Positions 55,200 to 64,000 of a stretch of 64,000 bases of DNA are shown piece after piece. Position 1 is the stretch's first letter, and every line of letters begins with the position of its first letter. Both the position numbers and the translations under genes were made by a program. A model generated the notes under the pieces. That model did not search any database. It saw nothing but the letters and a program-made list of their open reading frames with translations, and was not told the DNA's origin. The DNA lies in assembly GCA_963703315.1 (NCBI GenBank), contig OY969811.1:2976001-3040000 (forward strand), in the 5' to 3' direction. Origin of the DNA: an uncultured cyanobacterium. Lineage in GTDB: Bacteria > Cyanobacteriota > Cyanobacteriia > Pseudanabaenales > Pseudanabaenaceae.

Positions 55200-56897
55200 A
55201 TGGAAGATATTCTTAATCTACAACTAGCCAAATGTCCAACGGGTATCCAAGGACTCGATGAAATCACTGATGGCGGGTTACCCCAAGGCAGACCAACCTT
55301 AATCTGTGGCTCGGCGGGCTGTGGTAAAACTCTATTTGGTGTGGAGTTCCTCGTGCGTGGCGCAACGCAGTACGGAGAAAATGGGGTTTTAATTACCTTT
55401 GAAGAAACTGCGGCAGAAATCACCAAGAATGTGGCTTCTTTAGGATGGAATTTAAATCAGTTGATTGCTGAAGGCAAAATATTAATTGATCATATTTATC
55501 TTGAAGCCAGCGAAATTGAAGAGACAGGAGAATATGACCTCGAAGCTTTATTTATTCGTCTGGGCTATGCAATTAAAAAAATTGGCGCAAAACGGGTACT
55601 TTTAGACACGATTGAAGTCCTGTTTTCTGGTTTAGGCAATGCCAATATTGTCCGATCTGAGTTGCGGCGTTTGTTTCATTGGTTAAAAGATCAAGGTGTC
55701 ACGGCTATAATCACAGGAGAGCGCGGAGAGCAAACTTTAACTCGTCAAGGTTTAGAAGAATATGTTTCTGACTGTGTGATCAAATTAGATCAGAAAACTG
55801 TTGAAGAAATCGCTACTAGAACCATTCAAATTGTCAAATATCGCGGTTCGCGCCACAGCAATAATGAATATCCTTTTTTAATTGAAGACAATGGCATTTC
55901 TGTTTTACCAATTACTTCCCTCAACTTAAATCATGAAGTCTCAGCCGAGCGCATTTCCACGGGCATACCCAAGCTTGATGAAATGTTTGGTGGACAAGGC
56001 TACTATCGCGGGAGTAGTGTGTTGGTTACAGGTCGCGCAGGAACAGGGAAAACTACGCTTGCTGGTTATTTTGCTCGGGCAACTTGCCTCAAAGGTGAAC
56101 GATGTCTATATCTCGCTACCGAAGAATCGCCTCAGCAAATTCTTCGTAATTTAAACTCGATTGGGCTGGACTTAACGCCCTATGTGAAGCAGGGACTATT
56201 GCAATTTGATGCGGTGCGACCTACTAATTACAACCTAGAAATGCGTTTGTTTAAAATTCATCGTTGGGTCAAAGAATTTCAGCCCAGTGCGATCATTGTC
56301 GATCCGATGAGCAACCTCATTCTCAGTGGGAGTGTGATGCAAACCAAAAGCTTTTTCATGCGGTTGATTGACTATCTCAAGAGTAAGCAAATCACGGTTT
56401 TCATGGCTAATTTAACCGCAGGGGAGACGAATCTGGATCAAGAAAATACCGAAATCGGGGTTTCTTCGCTGATGGATACTTGGTTAGAACTGCAAACCCT
56501 CAAGGTCAATGGGGAACGTAATCGGATTCTCTACACTCTCAAATCTCGTGGGATGATGCACTCCAATCAAGTCCGCGAATTTATCGTCACCAGTCAAGGG
56601 GTCGATTTGGTGGAGGTTTACTTGGGAGAGGGCAAGTTTTTAACAGGTACAGAGAGAATCAATCAAGCGATCGCCGAACAGACTGCCTCTAGAAAACGCA
56701 AACAGAGTTTTGAAATTAAAAAGCGAGAATGCGATCGCGAAAAACGTCTCATCCAAGCACAGATCGATGCGCTACAAATGCAGTTAGCCAATCGTGATGA
56801 GGAGTTTACACTATTAGTTGAGGAGGAAGAAGAGATTCAAAAAGCAGTACTAAAAAATCAAGATTTCATGAGAAAATTACGACATCTCGAATCCTAA
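55200..56897 (+). CDS. kaiC: KaiC homolog (KaiC2-type) with a C-terminal coiled coil
   Basis: Two RecA-like domains: GSAGCGKT/TFEE and GRAGTGKT/TEES; EEYVSDCV, KYRGSRH, VSSLMDTW, KSRGMMHSNQVREF. Confidence 0.95.
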   Translation: MEDILNLQLAKCPTGIQGLDEITDGGLPQGRPTLICGSAGCGKTLFGVEFLVRGATQYGENGVLITFEETAAEITKNVASLGWNLNQLIAEGKILIDHIYLEASEIEETGEYDLEALFIRLGYAIKKIGAKRVLLDTIEVLFSGLGNANIVRSELRRLFHWLKDQGVTAIITGERGEQTLTRQGLEEYVSDCVIKLDQKTVEEIATRTIQIVKYRGSRHSNNEYPFLIEDNGISVLPITSLNLNHEVSAERISTGIPKLDEMFGGQGYYRGSSVLVTGRAGTGKTTLAGYFARATCLKGERCLYLATEESPQQILRNLNSIGLDLTPYVKQGLLQFDAVRPTNYNLEMRLFKIHRWVKEFQPSAIIVDPMSNLILSGSVMQTKSFFMRLIDYLKSKQITVFMANLTAGETNLDQENTEIGVSSLMDTWLELQTLKVNGERNRILYTLKSRGMMHSNQVREFIVTSQGVDLVEVYLGEGKFLTGTERINQAIAEQTASRKRKQSFEIKKRECDREKRLIQAQIDALQMQLANRDEEFTLLVEEEEEIQKAVLKNQDFMRKLRHLES

Positions 56898-56921
56898 TAT
56901 TGATGACCTCAGAATAAAACT

Positions 56922-57257
56922 ATGCCAGATAATTTAACAAGTCATTTCTCAGACAATGTTGATGCTCAAGAGAAAGAGTTTTGGAGATTAAGATTATATG
57001 TAGCAGGGCAAACACCGAAATCTCTGGTTGCTTTTGTGAATCTAAAGGAGATCTGTGAGGAACATCTTCAGGGGCAATATACTATTGAAATTATTGACTT
57101 AACGCAACAACCCCATCTCGCCTCAGAGGATAGTATCGTGGCTCTACCGACCCTCGTAAGGAAATTGCCAGAACCGATTAAAAAAATTATTGGTGATTTA
57201 TCAAATACAGAAAAGGTCTTAGTTGGATTACAAATTATTCCTCCAAATGGCAATTAA
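56922..57257 (+). CDS. kaiB: KaiB homolog 1
   Basis: [32 protein letters not shown]. Confidence 0.93.
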   Translation: MPDNLTSHFSDNVDAQEKEFWRLRLYVAGQTPKSLVAFVNLKEICEEHLQGQYTIEIIDLTQQPHLASEDSIVALPTLVRKLPEPIKKIIGDLSNTEKVLVGLQIIPPNGN

Positions 57258-57287
57258 CTCAATATTTATGCGATTTAGGATCTAACA

Positions 57288-57677
57288 ATGACTGACCCAG
57301 ATGATTTACAACTAACAACCACAGAACTTTTTGAACAGTCTATATCTCGGTCTAATCAGCAGTATTATATCCTCCGTCTCTATATAGCTGGTGCAACAAT
57401 TCAATCGGGAATAGCCTTAAAAAACATCAAAAAGATTTGCGAAGAATATCTTCAAGGACGTTATGAATTGGAGGTAATTGATATTTATCAACAGACCGAA
57501 AATATGATTGAGGAGAATATTGTCGCTGTTCCTACTTTGATTAAAGAGTTACCGCTTCCTTTACAAAAGATGATTGGCAATTTATCTAATACAGAAAAAG
57601 TCTTAATTGGGCTTGATCTTTTACCCAAAAAAATAAGCGGAGGGGAAGGCAATGCAGGATTCTCAGAACTCTCTTGA
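57288..57677 (+). CDS. kaiB: KaiB homolog 2
   Basis: YILRLYIAG, LEVIDI, VAVPTLIKELPLP..IGNLS. Confidence 0.92.
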   Translation: MTDPDDLQLTTTELFEQSISRSNQQYYILRLYIAGATIQSGIALKNIKKICEEYLQGRYELEVIDIYQQTENMIEENIVAVPTLIKELPLPLQKMIGNLSNTEKVLIGLDLLPKKISGGEGNAGFSELS

Positions 57678-60330
57678 AAAATTGCAGAAAGAAGTCACAA
57701 CTTTACATCAGCAATTAGCAGATTTACAGGAACGTCTCGATGTAGCGGAAGCAACGTTACAAGCTATTGGTGCTGGAGAAGTTGATGCGTTTGTAGTTTC
57801 GACAGAACAAGGAATGCGCGTGTTTACACTGCATGGTGCAGATTATGTTTATCAGTGTTTAGTGGAACAGATGGGGGAAGGGGCGGCAACGGTATCTGCT
57901 GATGGTGTGATTTTATACTGTAATCAGAGACTTGCCGAACTATTAGATTATTCTTTAAAGAATCTAATCGGTTCTAAGTTAGAAACCTTTATTGCACCTA
58001 AAGATCATCAAGCTTTTCTACTGCTTTTACAGGAGATTCCCGAAAAGGAAACCTTGACTAGAGAGTTGTCTTTAAGTACGGCAACGGAACATAAGGAAGT
58101 ACCTGTAAAGCTATCGCTGAAACAACTGAAGATTGATAATCTTTTAGTGAATAGCATTATTATTACGGATATTACAGAATCTAAAATTAAGGAGGCGGCG
58201 AAACTTAGTCAGATTCTCAATAGCGCGATCGCGGTGATTAATTATTTCCGTGTTTTTCGTGATAGTAAGCTAATTATTGATACTTGGGTGGGCGGAACTG
58301 AACAGATTTTTGGCTATAGCTTAGAAACCGTAAATGGGGACTCGGATCTGGTGATGGGAAATATATTTCCTGAAGATCGGGCGAGGTTTCTCCAATCGTT
58401 TTTAGCAGATATTCACGCGGGAAATGCGGGGGTATTTGAATATCGTTTTTTGCATGGCGATCGCACGATTCATTGGCTTAACTCTAACTATGTGGCGGAA
58501 TGGGATCAAGTACAAAATTGTTGGATGGGTATTAATATCATTACGGATATTACCCAGCGCAAACAAACCGAGCAGAAAATTGCCGAACAAGCAGCTTTAA
58601 TTGATATTGCTAAAGATGCTATTTATGTCCATGATTTAGACAATAAGATTTTAATCTGGAGTAAAGGGGCTGAGCATTTATATGGTTGGAATTCGGAAGA
58701 GGTTATTGGACAGAAGGCTGAACATCTCTTTAGCCAAGAGCATAAACTAGATGAAGCAATCCAAATTACGATTGAACAAGGTAGTTGGCAGGGGGAAATA
58801 GAACAAATTACCAAAGCTGGTAAGAAAGTGATTGTAGAATGTCATAAAACTCTAGTAAAAAATCAATTTTCACGATTAACATCGATCCTTGTGGTTAGTA
58901 GTGATATTACCGAAAGGAAACAACTGGAAAAACAGTTTTACCATGCTCAACGCTTGGAGAGTTTAGGAACCTTAGCTAGTGGTATTGCCCATGATTTTAA
59001 TAACATTCTTACGCCGATCTTGGGTGTAACGCAACTGCTACCTCTCCAATTTCCCAACCTTGACGAAAAGACAGAAAGGCTGTTGTCGCTGCTGTCAAAT
59101 AGTGCCAGACATGGAGCTGATTTAGTCAAGCAAATTCTTCTTTTTAGTAGAGGAACTGAAGGTGAATTAGTAGTATTACAACTAGGTTACCTACTTCTAG
59201 AATTGATTGGTATTACTAAACAAACATTTTCTAAATCAATCACAATTTCGACTGATATCCCAACTAGGGAACTATGGACAATCTCTGCTGATACAACCCA
59301 AATGCACCAAGTGTTTATGAATTTGATGATTAATGCCAAAGATGCAATGCCAGACGGAGGGGTTTTGACGATTTGTGCTGAAAATTGTCAATTAGATGAG
59401 CATGATCCTTTAGTGAATATGGAAATAAAAGCAGGTTCTTATGTAATAGTGACGGTTGCTGATACAGGAATAGGCATAAAACCAGAATTGCTAAACCGAA
59501 TTTTCGAGCCGTTTTTTACAACCAAGGAAGTCGGTAAAGGAACAGGGCTGGGATTGTCAACTGTGATGGGGATTGTCAAAAATCATAATGGTTTTATCAA
59601 GGTTTATAGTGAGTTAGGAAAAGGTACAGAATTTCAGGTTTTTTTACCCGCTACGGAGGGAGAGATGCAAGTCATTCCTGTAGAAAAATCAATGCCTATA
59701 GGTAAAGGCGAATTAATTTTAATTGTTGATGATGAGTCTTCTGTTCGAGAGGTAACCACAATTTCTCTAGAAAACTATAACTACAGGACAATGATCGCTA
59801 GTGATGGCATTGGCGCGATCGCGCTCTATGGCAAACATCAACAGGAAGTCAGCCTTGTGTTAATGGATATGATGATGCCGAATCTAGATGGAGCCACCGC
59901 AATTCATGCATTGCAGCAAATTAATCCTTTAGTGAAGATCGTTGCGACTAGTGGACTGATGAGCAACCAAAAACTAGCATTAGATGCTGGGGCGACAGCA
60001 TTTTTGCCGAAGCCTTACCCAATCATGAAACTATTACAAATTTTAGTGGAGATAATATCGCCAAATGAAAATAAACCCGATCTCATCGCGCCTATGGAAT
60101 CTAACGATCCTTCTGCATCAACGAGGGTAGAATTGTCTAGGGAAGATTTAGCAATAATGCCACCCGAATGGCTCAAGCAAATGTATGATGCGGCTTACTA
60201 CTGTGATGATGATTTGATGTTGGATTTAGTTGCCCAAATACCATCTTCTCAAGAGGCGATCGCCAAGGCTTTCAAGGATTTAATCATGAATTTCAAAACA
60301 GATATGATTATGAACTTAACAAAATTATAA
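57652..60330 (+). CDS. PAS-containing hybrid histidine kinase/receiver coupled to the kai genes
   Basis: N-terminal coiled coil, then EATLQAIGAGEVDAFVV; three PAS-like domains; GIAHDFNN H-box; FEPFFTTK..GKGTGLGL; receiver LMDMMMP. Confidence 0.92.
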   Translation: MQDSQNSLEKLQKEVTTLHQQLADLQERLDVAEATLQAIGAGEVDAFVVSTEQGMRVFTLHGADYVYQCLVEQMGEGAATVSADGVILYCNQRLAELLDYSLKNLIGSKLETFIAPKDHQAFLLLLQEIPEKETLTRELSLSTATEHKEVPVKLSLKQLKIDNLLVNSIIITDITESKIKEAAKLSQILNSAIAVINYFRVFRDSKLIIDTWVGGTEQIFGYSLETVNGDSDLVMGNIFPEDRARFLQSFLADIHAGNAGVFEYRFLHGDRTIHWLNSNYVAEWDQVQNCWMGINIITDITQRKQTEQKIAEQAALIDIAKDAIYVHDLDNKILIWSKGAEHLYGWNSEEVIGQKAEHLFSQEHKLDEAIQITIEQGSWQGEIEQITKAGKKVIVECHKTLVKNQFSRLTSILVVSSDITERKQLEKQFYHAQRLESLGTLASGIAHDFNNILTPILGVTQLLPLQFPNLDEKTERLLSLLSNSARHGADLVKQILLFSRGTEGELVVLQLGYLLLELIGITKQTFSKSITISTDIPTRELWTISADTTQMHQVFMNLMINAKDAMPDGGVLTICAENCQLDEHDPLVNMEIKAGSYVIVTVADTGIGIKPELLNRIFEPFFTTKEVGKGTGLGLSTVMGIVKNHNGFIKVYSELGKGTEFQVFLPATEGEMQVIPVEKSMPIGKGELILIVDDESSVREVTTISLENYNYRTMIASDGIGAIALYGKHQQEVSLVLMDMMMPNLDGATAIHALQQINPLVKIVATSGLMSNQKLALDAGATAFLPKPYPIMKLLQILVEIISPNENKPDLIAPMESNDPSASTRVELSREDLAIMPPEWLKQMYDAAYYCDDDLMLDLVAQIPSSQEAIAKAFKDLIMNFKTDMIMNLTKL

Positions 60331-60333
60331 GTT

Positions 60334-63300
60334 CTATATATTGGAGATCAACGGGCGAATTAATTCCATAACTTTGTCAGAATTAAAGTTATGAATAGCA
60401 GTGGTTAGTGATTTGGACAGACTTACTCTAGATGCAGGAATTTGAGCGATTAGTTCTTTCATGACTTCGGTATCAAGATAGTAAGCGGCTTGATACATTT
60501 GCTGTAACCATTCAGGAGACATCGTTTCTAGATCTTCTAAAGATAAATCATCCACAAATAGTTTTTGAGATTCTTGACTGACAGATGCATATTTATACTT
60601 TACTCCCAAGTGCTTAGCCAGCTTCTCAAAGATAACTTTTTCTTGAAATGGCTTGCCGATGAAATCGTTACAACCTGCCATTAGCACTTTTTCTCGCTCT
60701 TCTTCAAAAACGCTAGCAGTTAAGGCGACAATAATCGTTTCTTGTCCTTGAGGATTTTCTCTAATCTGTTTGATCGCAGTGTAGCCATCCATGATTGGCA
60801 TTCGCAGATCCATCCAAATTAGATGTGGTGACCAACTTTCCCAGATGGCGATCGCTTCCAGTCCCTGTGTTGCTTCACGCACCTCAAAACCTACTGATAG
60901 CAATAGCTTCACCAACAAGCGGCGATTTTCTTCTAAATCTTCCACCACAAGGATGCGGTAAGTTGGTTGATTGGGAGCTAAACCAATTACCCTTTGTTTA
61001 ATAGATGCTGAAGAATCAGGGACGATTTGCGGTGTTTTGACTGTCAGTTCAAAGTAAAAAAGACTACCCTGATGTAAGGTGCTTTGAACATAAATCTGAC
61101 TACCCATAAGCTGCATAAATCTTTGACTGATGGCTAAACCCAATCCAGTACCTTGATTTAACTTACTTCCCGCTTGAGCCTGTACAAATACTTGAAATAA
61201 ACTATCAATTTCATCTGGTGCAATGCCCACGCCTGTATCTTCAACCTCAAATAGAAGTTGAGATTGATTCATCCCAGTTCTTCCTGTTTGCTTAACTCTT
61301 AAAGTGACAGTTCCTTGCTTGGTAAATTTAATAGCGTTACCGATTAGATTGATCGTTACTTGACGTAGTTTTTTCTCGTCGGTCTGCACATATATAGGTA
61401 GGTTAGGATCGCGATCGACAATTAATTGTAGTCCTTTCTCTTTGGCTTGAGCTTGCAACAGCTCTTCGATAGAAGTCAGCAACTTATCTAGCTCAAAGTC
61501 AGAAGGATGGAGTTTCATCTGACCACTCTCGATTTTAGAAAGGTCTAAAATATCGTTAATTAAGTCTAATAAATGTACGCCACTACGATTAACGATCGCT
61601 AGATCTTCTTGATTTTCAGGACTTAGCGATAGGTCGTAACTCATTAATTCCGTAAATCCTAAAATCGCATTGAGAGGTGTACGCAGTTCATGGCTCATAT
61701 TAGACAGGAACATACTCTTGGCTTGATTGGCAGCTTCTGCGATTTTTTTGGATTCTTTAAGCTCTAACTCAGTCTGTTTGCGATCGCTAATATCAATCAA
61801 ATATCCTAAAATTTCGACTGGGTTACCTTCGCGATCGCGAATGAGCCTGATTTGTTCAAGTATCCAACGATAACTACCATCTGCGTGCAGAAGACGGAAC
61901 TCCTGAAAATGGAAATTATTAGTGAATAAATTGGTTAACCCGCTCATTAATTGGTCTACATCATCTGGATGGAGATGATCTATCCAAAAGCTCGAATCTT
62001 CTAAAAATGCTTTAGATTCATAGCCCATGATATCTTTAACATTTTCGCTAATAAAAGTTGCACCATAGTCACCATCAGGCTTACTACTAAAAATAACGGC
62101 AGGACTATAGTTGAGCAGGAAGTTAAGCCGATTTGTGGTAGCTTGCAAAGCCTTTGTAGATTGTTTTAGCTCTGTCACATCTTCCTGAACCGCAACAAAT
62201 ACAGTTCCATATTCAGGATGCTCAAACTTAGAAGTATGGACTCGACACCAAAATAATGTCCCATCTTTTTTCTTGTTGTAGACTTCATATTGCGCTTCCC
62301 CATCTCGATTAAGTTGAGTAACAATATCTTCAACGGTTTCGTCTGGTGTCACCTTCTCATCAACATAATTGATCATCCCCACAGGCTGCCCTGCGAGTTC
62401 CCCTTCTTCATAGCCAAACATCGCATCAAACTTAGGATTGGTATAACCAATGGTGAGATCTGCGGCTTTGACTAAACATACACCACCTGCCATATTATTC
62501 ATGATGACGCTTTGAAGTTCTATCGTCTTTTGAGATTCTTTTCGAGCCGTAATATCTTGGATTTGAGAAATAAAATGTAGCGGATTTCCTTGTTCATCTT
62601 TTATTAGGGAGACATTCAGCAAAATCCACACAATGTACCCTTGCTTGTGAAAATAGCGTTTTTCTAGTTGATAAGTTGAAAGCTCCCCTGCTAGTAGCTG
62701 GTTGACATAACTGAGATCTAGATATAGATCTTCAGGATGGGTAATATCTTGAAAAGTTAGAGAGAATAGCTCTTCTGGAGAGTAGCCAATAATCTGACAT
62801 AGTGCAGAATTAACTTTAACCCAATGCCCCTCAAGGGAAATGATCGCCATCCCAATCGAGGCATCTTCAAAGGCATGGCGAAACTTCTCTTCACTGGTTT
62901 GTAAAGCTATTTCGATTTGTTGGCGATCGCTAATGTCCCGCAGAATCACGGTAAATATAATTTCATCGCCTATTTCTAGCTTAGAAATGGAAGCTTCCGC
63001 AGGAAATTGACGACCATCTCGCCGCAGTCCCACAATCCCCCCCCGTTCACCCATCCCTCGCGCTTTACCTGAGGTATCAGAAGATGCATCAAATTTTGAA
63101 ATATGCTGTTGATGGGCAATTCTAAACTGCTCTGGCAAAAGTAAATCTAAGGGCTGACCTAAGATCTCCTCAGATTCATAGCCAAAAATCTTTTCCGCCC
63201 CTTGGTTAAACAGAGTAATCCGTTGATTGCGATCGACCGAAATAATCGCATCGTTAGCAATTTCGAGAATTCCTGCAAACCGCGCCTGTGATTTTTCTAG

Positions 63301-64000
63301 CTCCTGTGTTCTTTGGGCTACCCGTAGTTCTAAATTTTCATTGATTTCCGTAAGATCTTTTTGTGCTTGTTGACGATGCAGTTCTAACTGATTGATAAAT
63401 CGCGCTGTCCCCCAGATCAGCATTGAGAAGGTAATCACGAAGATCAGCGATCGCCACGTATAACCAAATTCAGAGTTAAACCAGCCTAATTTTCGTCCCT
63501 GAAAACTAAGCCAATTAGTTACCACTGGAAAGATAATTGCCCAAGGTAGTAACCACCGCGCCATCAGTCCACCGATGAGAGGACTCGTTATTACTTGCAT
63601 TACCCCACGATCAGGTTGAAGCCATAAAATTCCTATATAGAGGACAAAAAAGGTGATAATCGTGTGAACTGCTTGAGTGGACGTAACGATAATCAGAGAG
63701 AAAGAACTGTTGATCTCAAAGATATAACCAAATAGTGCTAGCAGAGAAATTAAGGCAGCAATAGTACTACAAATCTGTGCTAGCCAAATATTTCTATTAT
63801 TTCTTTGGGAATTTCGCCCGATCACGAACAAAGCTAATCCCATCAACACAAAATTTAAGGCAGTATTCGCTCCCATGCGTCCAGCATAGGGAGTTACTGA
63901 AGACACCACATCCTGAAAAAGCAACTGATCAATGTGTAGGTTCCAACCAAAAAGGTACTGACTTAGGGTCAACAACCCAATTCCCATCACCACAACCGCC
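60334..64000 (-). CDS. Membrane multi-PAS hybrid histidine kinase/receiver, N-terminus beyond the window
   Basis: Several TM helices, four PAS-like domains, MSHELRTPLN, NAIKFT, GTGLGL, receiver WMDLRMP; the frame stays open to the window edge. Confidence 0.92.
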   Translation of the reverse strand, partial: AVVVMGIGLLTLSQYLFGWNLHIDQLLFQDVVSSVTPYAGRMGANTALNFVLMGLALFVIGRNSQRNNRNIWLAQICSTIAALISLLALFGYIFEINSSFSLIIVTSTQAVHTIITFFVLYIGILWLQPDRGVMQVITSPLIGGLMARWLLPWAIIFPVVTNWLSFQGRKLGWFNSEFGYTWRSLIFVITFSMLIWGTARFINQLELHRQQAQKDLTEINENLELRVAQRTQELEKSQARFAGILEIANDAIISVDRNQRITLFNQGAEKIFGYESEEILGQPLDLLLPEQFRIAHQQHISKFDASSDTSGKARGMGERGGIVGLRRDGRQFPAEASISKLEIGDEIIFTVILRDISDRQQIEIALQTSEEKFRHAFEDASIGMAIISLEGHWVKVNSALCQIIGYSPEELFSLTFQDITHPEDLYLDLSYVNQLLAGELSTYQLEKRYFHKQGYIVWILLNVSLIKDEQGNPLHFISQIQDITARKESQKTIELQSVIMNNMAGGVCLVKAADLTIGYTNPKFDAMFGYEEGELAGQPVGMINYVDEKVTPDETVEDIVTQLNRDGEAQYEVYNKKKDGTLFWCRVHTSKFEHPEYGTVFVAVQEDVTELKQSTKALQATTNRLNFLLNYSPAVIFSSKPDGDYGATFISENVKDIMGYESKAFLEDSSFWIDHLHPDDVDQLMSGLTNLFTNNFHFQEFRLLHADGSYRWILEQIRLIRDREGNPVEILGYLIDISDRKQTELELKESKKIAEAANQAKSMFLSNMSHELRTPLNAILGFTELMSYDLSLSPENQEDLAIVNRSGVHLLDLINDILDLSKIESGQMKLHPSDFELDKLLTSIEELLQAQAKEKGLQLIVDRDPNLPIYVQTDEKKLRQVTINLIGNAIKFTKQGTVTLRVKQTGRTGMNQSQLLFEVEDTGVGIAPDEIDSLFQVFVQAQAGSKLNQGTGLGLAISQRFMQLMGSQIYVQSTLHQGSLFYFELTVKTPQIVPDSSASIKQRVIGLAPNQPTYRILVVEDLEENRRLLVKLLLSVGFEVREATQGLEAIAIWESWSPHLIWMDLRMPIMDGYTAIKQIRENPQGQETIIVALTASVFEEEREKVLMAGCNDFIGKPFQEKVIFEKLAKHLGVKYKYASVSQESQKLFVDDLSLEDLETMSPEWLQQMYQAAYYLDTEVMKELIAQIPASRVSLSKSLTTAIHNFNSDKVMELIRPLISNI

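Noticed and set aside
1..64000. CRISPR array or integron integrase
   Set aside because: No regularly spaced repeat-spacer series, cas gene or tyrosine recombinase seen; the repeats are dispersed hairpins.

Overview
Cyanobacterial chromosome segment with abundant HIP1 octamers (GCGATCGC); gene content and repeats resemble Pseudanabaena, which is an inference. Housekeeping genes: purE, rpiA, cbiT, rnj-dapA-asd, cdsA, ileS, pflB, thrS, tRNA-Ser(GCT), metF. Accessory modules: (i) two tandem BLUF photoactivated adenylyl cyclases heading an apparent operon with a membrane Ser/Thr kinase, purE and a Cys-phosphatase-like gene; (ii) four GT-C-type membrane glycosyltransferases plus a DedA protein, divergent from a giant hpsA and hpsB/hpsC/pilin genes; (iii) an internally deleted Rpn gene split by an intact IS701-family element; (iv) a stand-alone two-domain class III cyclase whose catalytic residues are split asymmetrically between its domains, like C1/C2 cyclases; (v) two toxin-antitoxin pairs and a single-chain R-M-S restriction enzyme inside HIP1- and direct-repeat-bounded segments; (vi) a kaiC-kaiB-kaiB-hybrid kinase operon facing a second hybrid kinase with the same C-terminal module. 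Intergenic regions are rich in palindromes and MITEs that share a GC-NNN-GC apex. No CRISPR array or rRNA was seen. All calls come from motif recognition by eye; no searches were run.
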